64,000 nucleotides of DNA from Tilletiaria anomala UBC 951 (Eukaryota). A program made the translations under genes and the position numbers. Where the stretch lies: positions 1 through 64,000 of the forward strand of contig NW_013547011.1 in assembly GCF_000711695.1 (NCBI RefSeq), written 5' to 3'. The notes below the pieces were generated by a model that was given only the letters and a program-made list of their open reading frames with translations, was not told where the DNA came from and did no database searches. Of this stretch, positions 49,901 through 64,000 are shown in pieces (position 1 is the stretch's first letter; every line of letters begins with the position of its first letter).

Positions 49901-51027
49901 GAGTGCTGCAGCGCAGCCATGCCAAAGTCTGCGACCTTGACTTGGCTCTTGTCCTTGGAGAGCAACAGGTTTTCCGGCTTCAAGTCACGGTGACAGATAT
50001 TGAATGAGTGGCAGTGGTCGACGCCGAACATGATTTGACGGAAGTAGGCACGCGCAGAGTCCACTTCGAGACGCCCGCATGCGACGAGGTGGTCGAAAAG
50101 CTCGCCCCCTTCGACATACTCCATGATGAGGTAGCTATATGGATGCCAGAGGAGCAAGATCACGCTGTCAATTGAGTCTGCGGAAATGATGTTCAAGTGA
50201 CGATGCGACTCACAGGACCTTCTTTGTCTCATACACATCAATGAGACTTAAGAGATTGTCGTGTTTGATGAGCTTCATGACGATGATCTCCCTTTCGATG
50301 CCGATCTCCATCTTCTCTAAGCGCTTTTGTGCTTCGGTACCCGGTGCCGGGCCAGCGCCTCCTCCCCCGCCATTCTTGTTCTCCAGCTGGTGCCGCGGGA
50401 TGATCTTGACCGCCACACGTGTGCCATGCTTGACGTGATGCGCAAGGCGGACGCGGCCTGCGAGAAAGCGGAAACAACACACCGTAGAGTTCAGCTCAGG
50501 ATGACTAAACCAAGGCGACCAGAGTTGCATCGAGTATCCACTTGATTGCGCACGGTGCATAACTCACCAGAAGCGCCGGTTCCGATCACAGCACCTAACT
50601 TCCACGGTCCGATGTTCTCAGGGTCGGCGAAGTCTTTCTTTTTCTCCCTTTCCAACCGCGTCGAGGGTCGTGCTGCTGGCTGAGGCTGTTGTGAGTGTGG
50701 GTGGGCCTGTTGCTGATTCGTGTGGTGCACCGCAGGGGCGCGACGTGACGATGCAGATCCAGAGGCAGATGAAGGTGCGGGCGGCGCTTTGCGGCTGGCA
50801 TTAACCGTCACAGGAGCAGTGCCAGCGGGGCCCCGGCTGACACCGCTTCCTGTTGCTGTTGCTGTTGCGCTCGCTTTGGCATTGGCGACGGCGGAGGCGT
50901 GTGATTGCGCTTGCGCTGCGAGCGAGATACCCGCACGAGGCTGGATTGCACCCATAGGCGATCTCCCAGCGACTGCCCCTGGCCCAGGGCCTGAGCCATA
51001 TGCCGCGCGATTGGCCGCCGTGCTCAT
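46977..51027 (-). CDS. GIN4: Nim1-family Ser/Thr kinase (Gin4/Hsl1/Cdr2-like); exons 51027-50568, 50457-50214, 50134-47596, 47522-46977
   Basis: IGPWKLGAVIGTGASGRVRLA, GIEREIIVMKLIKH, HRDLKPENLLL, ADFGMAAL, LETSCGSPHYASPE, and a C-terminal KA1-like region. Confidence 0.9.
49262..49327 (-). repeat. Coding CAA/CAG microsatellite (polyglutamine) in the kinase
   Basis: (TTG)n run on the plus strand encoding QQQQLQQQQQQQQQRQQKQQQ. Confidence 0.85.
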
Positions 51028-52945
51028 GTTGCAGTGACTATCAGGCTAGATGTGTGTTCGTTCTGAGACGGCGCGGGTGTAAAGCAGATGTGCATTCGAA
51101 GGATTGCGCGCAAGGATGTGAGGGACTTGCTTGTCGAAGGGGCGAAACAGGGCGTAGATTAGAGAAGCATGCGGAACGTAGGAATCAAGGCGATCAGGTT
51201 TCGGAGACCTGCGTTGGCAGCGCAGTTGTCTACGTTATCAAGATGAGTGTTGTCAAATGTTGAAGTAGAGGCAGCTGCGTGTGTTGAAGAAAGACACAGA
51301 TGAGGATGTTGACTATGATGAATCGAAGAGATGGTGGAACAGGATGGAAAGCGAAAGACAGAAGGATTGGAAAGGTCAAAAGAGCATTGGTCGAGGTTGG
51401 CAAAGAGGGGCTCGAGTGCGAGGATGACGCCAGCTGATGAACAAGGTGAATGCGGTAAAGGTCACCAGAGCGAAGTCGGTGAGCATAAACCGAGCCGAGC
51501 GAGCACCGCTCACGAGTTCAACGAGAGATGACTGCGAGGCAGGAGACAATGAATGGAGCGAGCGAGCGAAAGGCGGCACAGCAGACACAGCCTGCGTGAC
51601 TTCGTCAGGCAACGGAGACACGGGCGCAAAGACATGCAGACGTTGGTCGCCAGCTCGTCAAGCCTGGGAAGTAAGCACATAGAAAGCCCCAGGGTTCAGG
51701 ATAGCTAGAGAGGGGGACGCAGTAGAAGAGCGGAGCTTGAGCACCTTTCCTAGAACTTCATTCTTGGCGACCATGGGCAGCCGCTGTCGCGTCGCAAGCT
51801 TTGAGCTCGCATGCGAGGACTCGCGTAGGAACGAAATACCATGCTGCAAGCTTTGCAGCTGCTTGAAAGTCTATGCATGTGTGCAGGCTTGTACAGTGTG
51901 CATGCACAGACGGACCGCAGATGCCGGACACGATGCACCTGCTGCTCCGCTGGAGAGGTTCGGTTGAAGGGTGGTGCGATCAACGAAAGCCAGAGCACGG
52001 TCAGGGCCGGTCAGACGGCGCGGGTACAGCAGGCAGACAGGGGCCTGCGTGCTGGTGGCGCGATTGGCATGCATGGGATCAAGCATGCGAGAGCAGGAGC
52101 CAAGGAGAACGAATGCGTTGCAATAGGCTGCGGAGTGCAGTGGGTCGGCCTCCGGCCAGAGCCCGTTTGCTCTCTCGCCATATTCACAATTGTCCAATGC
52201 TGGCGGTTGGTGCTTGGGAGGTGGGGGGCTGTGACGCGTACAGTGCCCGGATATTCACTTCTGACAGATTGCGGCAAGGCCGCAGCTGGTAGAGTGGAGC
52301 GACGATGATAGACGTTGGTTGGTCCGCCGCCAGACTGGCTCCCAGCTCGTGGGGCTGACCGCCAGGCCAGCAATGTTGGACGCTGAATATGAAAATGCAA
52401 CGGCTGGACCGCTTTACTCTGCATGAAGGCAGACCCCACGACCCGCCCAGGCCAGGCCCACAATTAGAAGGCGGCCGTTGGGACGGACAAACAAACGGAA
52501 AGAGTCGTCCGTTGCGCGCGCAACAAGCGAGTCATGTGGTATCGATGCCCAAGCTCCTGCGCCGAAAAATGTGGATTCTTGCATCACGTGAGCTAATCGG
52601 GGGGTTGGACTTGTTAGGGTTGTACTCTTGTCGGAAATTGAACGCGTCGCGCTTTGTCTCTTTGGTGGTGTGTGTTGTTGGGTGCAGAGAGTGTGGGATG
52701 GTGCTGCCTCGTCCTCGACTGGACCAGGGTTAATCTCCCGCTCTTGTCCTCTCTCGTCGTAAAGGGTGGTCACGTCGCGTTCCTACCGCATGCTCATACT
52801 CTGCGAATGAGCTCAAACACAATCACGCTTCATGCACTTTCACGACGTCGAGCCCAGGATCATCGTCTGAGAGGTGTATCTGAAAGCACATTTTACAGTC
52901 AGCCTCTTTGACAAGGAGACCCACACGAGCGGCGCTGCGCTCACA

Positions 52946-55144
52946 ATGGACGGGCTGCGATCACGAGGTGCGTGGAGGAAGGCTTGAGCGCGGCGCGTTC
53001 GCCTGCGTGTGCGCGTTCGCGCGGTGCCTGAGGTGCTTGTGCGCGTGGTAATCTTCGCACAAAGCTGACATCCTTTCCTTCTGTTCTGAACGCGTCTCTT
53101 CCTAACGCTGGGGTCCAATGATACAGTCAATAAAGCGAAAGCCCTCCGCTCCTCCTTGCAGGCCGAGCTCGATGCGTTGCTCGATTTGCAGCGACATGAA
53201 CAGCAGCTGCAGCATCGCTCCACTTCCTCACCAGCCCAGATTTCTGATCCGCAAAGCAGCACACGCAGGAGCAAGGGCGATCGCACGCAGATCCTCCGCG
53301 CACTCGGCACAGAGCTGCAGGAAATTGAAGACCGCTCCATCCTCTGTCGTACACTCTGTGGATGGACGTGCTTTGAAGTGGATCTGGATGTGGGCAGGAG
53401 AGAGCGGCTCGTGCGGGAACTGCAACATGCCGAAGTCCAACAAGAGCGACCGGCTCTAGAAGATGGTGGGAGAGGAGTCCAGGATCCTGACGTTGGGCTA
53501 GCCGCTCCTGCCCCTGCCCCTGCTCCTGCTCCTGGTGCTGGAGACAAAGGCAAAGGGCGGGAAGGGTTGGGCCTTGGGGTGCGGATTGACACGTTTAGCC
53601 AAGGTGTGTCGCTGCATTCAATTGGCCGTGAATCAGTCTGCCGTCCATGAAGAACTCATTCTTCTTTGCACACGCCAAATTCACACAGGAACATTCAACG
53701 AGACCTTCTACCTCATCTTTGCTCCTCTATCTCAAACGGTGCAAAACGGCCCGGCAGCGCCCGTCTTCTTACAATCCACGCTTTCCCCCATCACATCTTT
53801 GTCCTCCACTTCAGCAGGAAGTCTGCAGCTGCTCAAACACACCTTACCGCATTTCGTACCCGTTCAAAAGCTCGTACAGCAATATCTCAGCGTGGTGCAG
53901 CAACGCGCTGGCTCCGTGACAACCGGCGGAGCTGCCGAAGTACGAGCAGGGACGAATGCTGCTGCTCGTGCGGCCGGCTCAGAGGTAGATGAGGGAAGGA
54001 TTTCTGCCGGGGGTACAGCAGCAGCGCAAGGGACTTCATCACGGACAACGCCAGCAGAGGTTGTGACAAGAGGCGGATTCGAGCTTTTGGAAGATCTGAA
54101 ACTGCTCGATGGATTTGGAGTGCGTATCTTCCCAACCATCCCGCTGTCCGTGAGCACTGGTGCTGACGCTGTTTCTCTCTGACTAACTCTTTCACACCTC
54201 CCGGCCCGCAGACATTCCTTTCCACCCTCAATTCGCATCTGCAAGCCTACGTATCACGTCGGGGACAAGCGGAGAGCCTGCGCAATCTTTGCCTTCCTGG
54301 CTCGAAAGTGCGAGCCTCGCGATCCCCTCGAGCGGCTGGAGTTACCGTTAAGGAGGTACAGCAAACAGCAGATGCGAATGCAGTGCTGCAGGCGTATTCG
54401 ACGGCGGCGTTCGACACCATCTCGATTCGCTGGTCGATCCCCGTGCCTAACGAGCACGAGTTGGAGCGCTGGCGCATGCACCAAGTTCAAGCGGATCGCC
54501 CACATTATGTCGATGGGCACGATGAGGAGGACACCGAGGAAGAGGACGACGAGGGCACGGAGGACGGAAGCGGGCAGGAAGATGCATTGGACGACCCACC
54601 CCGTCCGGACGCCGACATAGATGGCGAAGAGACACGCGCAGCAGACATGAAGCGACGAAAACAAGCGCGTCTCGCAAAGCGCCGGAGACCTGCGCGGCCC
54701 GTAGGCGAGACGCAAGCTTTAGACGTCAAGATTCAATGGACCGATCTGCTGTACGACACGCTCGGCTCCTTGACCTCCTCTGCCTCTTCTGTGACAGAGG
54801 CAGGTTCAACCTTCTCCGCAACAGAGCACGGGCGCATCATCATTGAGCGTGTTGTAGCACGGCCCGACATGAAACGCGCGCGAACAGAGGACGGGGACGT
54901 ACACGCTCTACAGAGCGAGCGGGCGATTGTGGAGAGTAAAGAGAGGCGGAAAGACTTGGAGAAGCTCTTTCTATTACCGCCCGGTGGAAACAGCGACGGC
55001 GTTGGTGGTGGCGATGCCAATCAGACTGGACGGATCGCCACTGGGAAAGGGTACGATGGCGATGCGGCATGGACGTTGGGCTCTGCACTCCGGAGAGTCG
55101 CGAGAAAAGTCTGGGATGAAGAGTGTAAGGCGCTGGCTTCCTAA
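52946..55144 (+). CDS. Kinetochore protein CENP-O/Mcm21/Mal2-like; exons 52946-52967, 53127-53603, 53689-54120, 54212-55144
   Basis: N-terminal coiled coil, LGVRIDTFSQGTFNETFYLIF, LLKHTLPHFVPVQKLVQQYL and LQAYVSRR, resembling the CENP-O family. Confidence 0.72.
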
Positions 55145-55592
55145 CACCTTCCACTCTCCATCAAGCGTCGCTGTGCGCGATACGTCCCACTTTGCACGCG
55201 GACGGGGCTTGCAAGGCAAAGCTGTATTACAGGAGTCTTGAAGCTGAAAGCACAGTACTCATTCTGGATGAATCCATACAGGGTGCCTCCCAAATGGAAT
55301 GAACCAAATTTGTCTAGCATGATGAGCCTGTCAAGTATGTCGTAGCACAATACGCGAGCAGGTCTCAGAGTCCAGCGTGCCAGCGTGTCCCATCTATGTG
55401 AAACCTTTCGCGATTTCACCCAAGAGTCTTCAGCACCTCATCATTATCTTCAATGAAAAGGCTGGCAGGCTCCATTGGCGTCACCTTCGTCATCTCGATT
55501 CTCGTGCGGCGAGACCCCCTCGCTTCAAAGCCCAAAAATACAGTGCACGAAATACCCCAGCAGTTGTTAGGATGCATTATAAAGTTCGGACG

Positions 55593-58500
55593 CTAGAAAA
55601 GATCCGAGGCTTTTGGTCTTGATGTGATTCTAAACGCAGGGGAGAATTCCTCTTCGCCTCCATCATCCTCTTCCATCCCGAAACTGAGTGTATGGCACCC
55701 GCTCTTGCCCTTTTTCGTCTTGTCCTTCTGCTTGTCCTTGTCTTTCCTGCGCTTTTTCGCATCAATCCTCCCTGCTGCTTCCGCGCCTACCTCAACATCC
55801 GCAACAAGCGCTTTGCCAGCCGCCTCGCGCTGAGACTTGGCGATAAAAGTTGGACGAATCAGCAGAGGCGTTCCGTCGGCAATATCGCCAACCCGGTCGC
55901 GCTGTAAAAGGGTTGCGATGCTCTTGTCCGTCGTGGGTGCTGTTTTGGCTTGTGATGCGCCTTCAACTTCGGCTTTCGCATCGACGCCAGTATTTTGTCC
56001 TTCTTCTTCATCACTGTCCTCCTCATCAGAAGCAAAGATCGCCTTGAATATGTCGATGCTCGGTTTCTGGTAGGTGAGCGTGTCGCGGCCTTGCGTAGGG
56101 TCGTCACCGAGGCCGACCTGATCCAAACTTGGTGGAACGCCGCCACCGCCATCCGATGCGAGTGGAGTGCTGGTGATACGGGCTCCTCCCGCTGGCGTTC
56201 CAGAACTGCCTGTGTCAGCGCCGCCGGCTAGGGAGGAAGATGCGTCCAAAAACGGAGAAGGTTGTCCTTGTAGCCAGGCGCGCTCCTTGGCCATCGCCTG
56301 GATCGAGCGCTTGTTCGCCTCCCATGTTACCGTAGCCGAGCCACGCGGCAAGTCGTCAGCGTCGGTCGTCAACGCAAAGGGGTCCTTCCGTCTCCTAGGC
56401 GGTGGCCGCTGTTCCTCTTCCGCGTTATCGCCGGCTCCTGCTCCCGCATCTGCTCCGCCTGTAGCAGCTTCGCGACCCGTACGATCCGGATGCGGATCTG
56501 GCACGTTGAAGCGCTTGCAGAGTAGACGAGAGGGAACCCACTCTTCCACGGAGCGCGTCATCTTGCCAAACACGCCTGCGCGCGCAGCATTCTGCGCCGG
56601 CGTGCGGGCTTGCCTCTCTTCTTCGCGGAGCCTCTCCTCTATCGCTTTCCTCGCCTCTGCTTCGGCGGCATTGCCAGTTGACGACGACGGTGCGGAAGAC
56701 GCAGCCGGTGGCGGTTGGTACAGACCCGGCTTGGGGCTTTCGAACTCCTTAGCGCTGCTCGCGCTATCTGCGCTGCGGAAGCGGTTCGCCATGGCAGCAT
56801 TCATGGGTCGGAAGATAGCAGCACTCTTGACGAATTCGTCAAGCTCTCGGTTGACCTGCTCGACGGACATTTGTGTCTCAGCAATGACCGCTGCGCTGTC
56901 GAGCTGCACGGATGCGTCGGTGGGAAATGCTTGCGACTTGAGGTACGCACGGTATCGTGCTTGCTTGGACAGATCAGCACCGAATGGCATGTAGCCGCGG
57001 ATCGCAGCGAGCGCGGTGGACGGATCGAGCGGAGGGATGGTGAGCTTTGGAGCGAAGGGTTGGACCGCGCTTTGTGCAGATGCCACCAACAACGGCGCAG
57101 CGACTGCGGCATTGTCGCCGGTTTCTCGGCTGCGTTGAAGCGCTTCTTGTGCCTTGGAAGAAATATAGTCAGACAGAGATGGGGCTGGCCCAGGTATTCG
57201 CGCTTCGCCGAGTATGCGCGCACGGTCTTCAGGTTTCATGTTGGCGTACGTCTCGGCAGCTGCCGTCTCGCTTGCCTTGGCCGACTCATTCGAGATGATC
57301 GCTAAGACGCGCCGCTGGTCTGGTTGCCAGTCAGGAGATACCGGCAAGGGCTGGAACCTACAGGACGAAGATGCGCGGTAACATCAGCAAAGTACAAATG
57401 CGGCAACATGCAATAAGTCCCAAAACACACCGTTTGTCGGGCATCTGCACTTGAGCAGCTCTCCTAAAACCTGGCGGCAAGGGCCGTCCGTCACGCCACC
57501 TCGTTGCGTAATCATCTGCCATCTCCGCGCTCCCTTGCGCGCAAGCGTGAGCGACACTGCCAGCGTCTTTGCGTGATACCTGACCCAGCAAAAGGCGATT
57601 TTCACGGCCACGTTCATGGTCGCGGAACTGACTGTGACCGAACGCCCAGTCTTCAATATCGCCCTCCACACTGCCCATGAAAGCATCCATATCTTCCTCG
57701 TCGGATGCGTTTCCGAGACCACCTAGACCTGTGGGCTTGAGATTCGCGCCGCCCCTTGTACCTGGACCGCCAGGGATGGGGTCTTCACCATGTCTGAGAG
57801 CCCTGCGCTCCCTGTATACGCGCCGCAGCACGTCATCCATGCCCTTGCTACCGGCAGAATAACCCAGTCCATGACGATTTTCCTTGTTCAGCATTGTATT
57901 GAGAGGTGTGTCTGGCGGAGGATAGAGCTGTCTCTTCCCAGTCCGTGCGAGCATGGGCAGATGATCCGCATCCTCTCCATCTGCCTCCCCTTCGAGGTCG
58001 TCTAACGTCACTTTGGACGTAGAAGGACGGGAAAGAGCGAGTAGCTCCCGGCGTCTCTTGGCGGTAATGAGAGGACCGAGACCATGACCTTCTTTCCAGC
58101 CCATGCGCTTAAGCATCATGGTTCCGACGGAGGAGTGCTTGGGCCGCACGAGGGAATCAAGAAATGCTGCCGCAAGTGGCTCTCCTTCGCCTGCGCCGCT
58201 TAGCGGGTCACGCCCAATAGGAGCAGAGGTACCGACTGCGGAATCGCTGTAGCGGTTTGAGCTTTGGATCTGCCGCTCTTCACGCAACTCGGCCAGGTCT
58301 TCTTCATCCATAAAATCTTCCGGCTTGCTCATCGGTTTCGCTTTCTCGCCGCCGCCACTCGCGGCGAGCTTTTCGGTGCGCGAACTTCTGAAGGTCGTTG
58401 GCTTCCATCCCTCCTTAGAACCGACGGTGTTGAAGTAGCCTGCAGAGAAGCCGCCAGTGAAGGCACCGTGAAAGCGCCGACGGCCTTGCTCGTCGCGCAC

Positions 58501-58766
58501 TTCTTGCTCCCAAATCGGCTTGTACTCGTTTGCGTCATAGCTATTTGAGCCGAGAGACGGGAGGGGTGTTCCGATCTTCACAGTGCATATCCATTATTTG
58601 TGTGCAAGAATAGGGCAGAAATTATGAAATCAATGGACATGGCCGATCAGTATCCCTCTGAATATTCTTTCGCACGTTGAGGCACTCTCACCGTAACAAA
58701 GCTTTCCGTTACGTTCGACTGAACGTCATGGTTGGCGATCCGCCTCCGCAATCGGTCCGACGCCAT
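55593..58766 (-). CDS. GPATCH1: G-patch domain protein GPATCH1 (DUF1604 + G-patch); exons 58766-58692, 58575-57431, 57357-55593
   Basis: VRDEQGRRRFHGAFTGGFSAGYFNTVGSKEGW, G-patch VGTMMLKRMGWKEGHGLG, WVPSRLLCKRFNV and KPSIDIFKAIF. Confidence 0.9.
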
Positions 58767-60562
58767 ATTATGGACGGTCAGACGATTTCTTTGGATGATT
58801 CGGGTCTCTTCGGTACGGTCATCAGAAAGAAGACAAGGCGGTCCTTTTAGTAATTCACTCCAGATCACAGCGCTGCGTGCTCGCTCTCATGAAGAATCAT
58901 GGAACAATGCATCAAGCATCATGTACCAATGCCGAAGTCACAACTTGCAGCATCATCCTACTACGCAGAGGAGTCTGTTGTGATTTGTGTTGGTCATGCA
59001 TGTTGCCAGCTTGCTTATTGTATAACCCTCTCGATCAAAGAAAGCAGTCGCGTCGTATCCAATCTTGATTATGACTGCGTTTCCCTTCATGAAATGTTCT
59101 GTCAAGGCACAAAGCAAGGCGCCAGGTTTTGTTCACGCGGAGAGAGCTTTCATGGAGCACAAGATGAGTGAGGCCGTTATTTTGGGTTTTGGCAGGGCGG
59201 AGACTAGTGGAGTCTAGCACTGCATACCTGTCGTCTACGCGGAACCTGATTGATCACTCACTCTCTCACGTACTCTACGTAGACGACTCTCCTACTGCCA
59301 GCCGCGGTAGCTCTGTGTGCATGCGTGCGTACTGTTTGCCAGTTAAGTAAGTCGCGTCGCTCCAGACCCCCCCCCCCCAGCACTGGACGGGGGTAGAGAC
59401 GACAGGTGGGCTGAGTGCGCTTTTCATCACAAGGGGTAGGGTGAGCACTGGAGCAGAGGAAAAGTTTCAAGTACACCGTCGTTTGGTGCCATCATGGTGA
59501 CGACCTCTGTGACCTGTGGGGCGAAGGGGGACGTGTTGGACGCGACGACACTCCACGGAGTCAACTTATGTGAGAGGCGCCTCACAGGCTGCCCCGGTGC
59601 CCTTGGCATGCCCGTTGGCCGCATTACTGCCGTATCATCTCTTCTCTGGATCTTGACTGTCGCCTGGCGCCTGCAGCAGAACAGCGCAGAGAGTCCATTT
59701 GTGCGATGTACTCACACCCATCCCATGCAATGTGTGTGTGGCAGGCAGGCAGCTGGCTGTTGATGTAAGTATTGAGTCGAGATCGCTCATCGAACGCATC
59801 GTTTTCGATGCTTGTGGCCTTGACACATACATCTGCGCACGCATGCCACTGCGCTGAGGCCATAGGCGCACCTGAACAGCTTGAGGTGTCAGCAACACCG
59901 GCGCCCTCCTGCCATCGACGATTGTGCTGTGCTACGTAGAGCCGAATTGCGAGGATCAAGGATCGACACAAGGGCCATCTACCTCCGAACTTGCTCCTCC
60001 TGCTCACCCCCATCATCAAAGCCGCGCCATTTGGCCTCCGCAGTGGCCACAGGCACCTCACGCTTATCGTCCTGATCAAGTGGCTACCACTATTTCTTGA
60101 CGCACACCGCCACTTTCAAGGGCATCTTCGGCTTCCTGCCCAAGTCGAGCCCGCTCAGACATCGAGCTGCTCAAAGGTCCAGCTCCACTCATCCCCTAGT
60201 CTGGCTCGACCGACTCGCCCATCCGTCAGCCTTTTCCGTTCACCGTCGTTGGCGGAGCTTGCTTTGACTGGCCAACCGCCGGATCCAACGCCTTGACGCT
60301 TGGGATCTTAGCATATCGCGCTGTGTCCTCGTCCACTCTTCCCACCAAGCGCCAGCGGCTGTTTACCTGCGTCGTTCAATGCTCTAATCATCCGCGGGCC
60401 GGAGTTACTCTGAGGGTCTCAGAGTGACCCTTCCTGACGGGGACGTCGGCGTGCTCTGATAAGCACGCGTCCTCACAGGCGTTTCCTTCTCTGGGCCAGG
60501 AAGAATTTCGGAGGTTGCATCACGGGCAGCGGGCAAAGGCGTAGGGCTCCATCACATTCAGG

Positions 60563-63500
60563 ATGCCACCCTCCTATGCAGGTCCGGACAAGCGGACAAC
60601 AGCGTATGAGAATATCTTTGGGCGCCCGACTGCCAAGCCAAAAGGGCCGTCGGCGCCGCCTGGCCATCATGTCGGAGCACCACCGCCTCCACCTGGGGTA
60701 GTCCAGTATGGCAACCCGATGCATGGGGGCCACCCACAAATGAATCCACAGTATGCTGCGCCGTCAGCGGGATACGCACATCCAACAGTGCTGCCACAGA
60801 GGTGGAACAGCGTGGCAAGTGTACATGCGAACGGCATGCATGCACAGGTACCACCAGGGCCAGGTGGAGTGCCAGCACCGGCAGGAGGGCCAGGTTACGG
60901 GCCTGTACGCTATCCTGCAGGGTACCTTCCGGATCGAGCACCATCTGCCGCCTCTTTGCATCATCCCAACTATGGCGCTCCGCACCTTGCCGCTGCATAC
61001 CCTCAGGGAGCCTACCCACAAGCAGCGCCGCCAGCCGGAGCGACGATGGGCGTGCAACCGCCTTACATGCGAGCCGCGCCAATGTCGCATCAATCCTCTT
61101 ACGCCCCTTCTTCGATCGAGTACGACCGCCGCTCAAGTACTGCATCCTCCGTCGCGGCAGGTGGTCAGGGAAACCACGGTATGGCTCAATCCGTTTACAG
61201 CGATGGCAGCAGTTCCGCGGGCGGCGGTAGTGGTGGTGGTGGAGGAGGTCTCGGCATGAACAACATTTCACCACGCGCAGAGGCATTCAACGGCCCGTCA
61301 CTATTGCACCGCCCTTCATCCGCTTCATTCGGCAGCACGTCCGGCGCTTCGTCTCGCGCCGACTTCCAAGCTGCCGTGTACGGCGCTGCGCATCCGCAGC
61401 ATCCAGCAGCCGGTCCACCTGGCGGCGGACGTGCCTTTTCGCCGCCTCCGCTAGCGCAATCCGCGACGGACGCAGCATTCCACCATAGCACCGCTGCGAA
61501 CGGCATGGTACCTCAAGGCGGCAAAGGTCTGCGTGCCAACAGCATAAGTAGTGTCGTGGGTGCTGAGAATCCCGCGTCGCTACGCGAACACCGTCGATCT
61601 GCACCGCGTTTGCCCAGCATCGATCTCAAGACTGGTTTCGGTCTCCCAGACACCGGCAGTGCAAATACGAGCGGCTCCAGCTTCCACGGAGACGATTGGC
61701 TCGCCAAGTCTGTACTGGCTGCGACCGCTTCGTCCGTTGCCACAGCTATCGCCAGTGTTACAAGCACTCGAGAAGGGAGCTCGGGCACCGAGCGGGCCTT
61801 TGGCGCACCGGACAGTGTCACTTCTACCAGTGCGCATACCAGCCAGACGGCGGCGACGTCTGTGGCGTCCGCGTGTCCCGCCGACCAGCCCAGTCTGAAG
61901 GGCACGACCGCTTCACCAAACGCGGGCAACGGGGACGGCAGCGTACTCGAGTCCGAATGGCTCAGCCATGAGCACGAGCGCCAAGGCGACGCTCAAAGCG
62001 CCGGGGCCGGCATCGCCGCGGGTAGCCGCCGCGAAATCGACAGCGAGGCCGAAGGCGAAGAAGGAGAGGGCACCTACATGTCAAGCGGGACAATTCATGC
62101 GTCCGATGCCGCCATTGCCGCGGCTCAATACGCTTACATGAACAGGGAGCAGGATCCGGGGCTGATGAGTGGGTGGGATGACGGGAATAACTTCCGTGAG
62201 TATTCTCTCAAAGTGATATGAGCTATATGCACCGGCCTTTCCAGAGAATGAGTGAAGGAGTGCCAGTGCACACTGACGCCTTCGCTACGATCCTACAGGA
62301 TACGAGTCCTTTGAGCCAAAGTCAAGCGCATCATCAGTGTATGACGGCATATCGAAACGGCGAGACTCATTCGAATCGGATAGGCAGTCGATCGCGAACT
62401 CTGTCTACACCGTCTCCGGCGCTGCCTCTGGCTCCGGGCGCAGTGTCTATGGCGCAAGCGGTACAGGGATGCACTCATCCAGCGGCTTCTTTGCTCCTGG
62501 AGCTGCTAGTGGCGTCACCTCTCTCACCCCCTATCAGCAGCAAGCGCAGCCACAGACAGCAAGCAATGGCGCTTACGCCGGCCAAACGAGACATCGGACA
62601 GTATCGAGCGCAACGCAAGCTGCGACCAGTGCGTATGCGCCTGGTTCGACATTCAGCAACTCGGAATGGCGACAGAGCATGGAGTCTATGCGTTTGACGG
62701 ACGCGCGGAACGGTGCGCCTGGCGATTCTCTCCGGACAGTCTCAGGATCAGGAGTTCCAAGCCAGTTGACTGTCCCGCAGAACGGAGGCTCGACGACAAC
62801 GCAGCAAGCAGGATTGAGGCCCCGGAAAGGGCCGCTCGTCTACCCGGCCCTGCTGTCGCTTGTGGCAAGGTCATTCAAAGAGCGCGTCGCCGTGGCGGAG
62901 CGGACGAAAGATGGGTTGTCGTACAAAGATGCGTTCGACGGGCGAGAGGCCGTAGATCGGATAGCGTCCATCATCAAGACGACCGATCGCAATTTGGCAC
63001 TGTTGCTCGGTCGAGCGCTTGATGCGCAAAAGTTCTTCCATGATGTCACGTACGACCATCGACTACGCGATTCACCCAACGAACTCTACCAATTCCGAGT
63101 GCGGCTCACCACGCCTTTTGGATCCGAAGACGAGGGTCCTTTCCATGATGCACAGAGATTCTTTGACGCATCACCTAATAACAATGCGCTCGTGCCGGGA
63201 TCCAAAATCATACCTGGGAGCAGTGCGCCTTCCATGTCGGCTGCATCGTCGAAATCCGTGACTAATTCCCCCGGAATGTCGGACGGGCTCTCTCCAGCCC
63301 CATCACGTCTTGACACAGTGGCCAGCGGTAAGACCAGCGCCGCTCACGCCTCATACGCTGAAAAGGACGAGGACGAGTACCCAACGAGTGTGTTTACGCT
63401 GCTGACCGACTGCTACAGTCCGACATGTACGCGCGACAGACTATGCTACAGTATCGCGTGTCCCCGTCGCCTCGAGCAGCAGGCACGGCTCAACCTGAAG

Positions 63501-63992
63501 CCGCAGCCTGGTCTCAAGCGCAGTATCTCGAAAGAGTCGCTCGGCGAGACCAAGGAGCCAGGCGCGCTTTGGGCGGAGAGCGTGTCGAAGGAAGTGCTGG
63601 AAAGCGTCTCAGAAAATGAGCGCAAACGCCAAGAACTGATCAACGAGGTCATCTCAACCGAGCGCGACTTCGTCCGCGACCTCGAGTACCTGCGCGATCA
63701 ATGGATGAAGCCGCTGCGCACGAAGGTCATCGTGCCTGAAGACAGGCGGGAAGATTTCGTAACCCAAGTGTTCTGGAATGTTTTGGAGATCCATGCAGTC
63801 AATTCGAAGCTATGCGAGCTGCTGTTAAAACGGCAGAAACAGCAGGATGTCGTCGAAAAAGTCGGAGACATTTTCCTCGAGATGGTTCCGCTGTTCCAGC
63901 CATTTGTCAAGTATGGTGCGCACCAGCTCTACGGCAAGTACGAGTTTGAGAAGGAGAAGGCATCAAATTTGGCATTTGCCAAATTCGTGGAC
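60563..63992 (+). CDS. ROM2: Rho1 guanine-nucleotide exchange factor Rom2-like (DEP + DH), continues beyond window; exons 60563-62195, 62299-63992
   Basis: VYPALLSLVA...KDAFDGREAVD...DRNLALLLGRALDAQKFFHDVTYDHRLRDS (DEP), CYSPTCTRDRLCYSIACPRRLEQ, and ERKRQELINEVISTERDFVRDLEYL (DH). GTGAGT donor at 63993. Confidence 0.92.
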
Positions 63993-64000
63993 GTGAGTTC

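Noticed and set aside
52613..52621. GTTAGGGTT (minus strand AACCCTAAC), telomerase-template-like
   Set aside because: A 9-mer permutation is expected by chance in 64 kb. No pseudoknot or CR4/5-like domain was recognised.

Overview
Eukaryotic, intron-rich, GC-rich fungal DNA. The gene content, short GT-AG introns (GTGAGT donors, CTGAC/CTAAC branch sites) and protein style point to a basidiomycete, probably a smut relative (Ustilaginomycotina); this assignment is inference. Eighteen protein-coding genes can be modelled: a Gly/Ser/Leu/Gln repeat protein (5'-truncated), RPL11 head-to-head with ASC1/RACK1, a stomatin, NAD(P)HX epimerase, HIU hydrolase, a TLC-domain protein, a TMEM135-like protein, mitoferrin MRS3/4, RPS18, an HMG-box factor, dynactin p62, an ADF-H/coiled-coil/PH protein, a cyclin K/T-like protein, an Opi1-family regulator, a Gin4/Cdr2 kinase, CENP-O/Mcm21 and GPATCH1. 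A nineteenth, a Rom2-like RhoGEF, is 3'-truncated. The most interesting signal is non-coding RNA that the ORF track misses. (1) A U1 snRNA at 11761 has an expanded, branched stem-loop II and a non-canonical Sm site; a spliced 64-codon ORF runs into it from upstream and a second copy of its 5' end lies downstream. (2) The U24 C/D snoRNA sits in ASC1 intron 2. (3) A ~250-nt H/ACA-like structured RNA sits in the long RPS18 intron. (4) The long RPL11 and ASC1 introns carry further stems. A gene-poor block (~28.8-36.4 kb) holds apparent gene relics and a dense hairpin array. No CRISPR, rRNA, tRNA or intact transposase was found. All exon boundaries and helices were read by eye.
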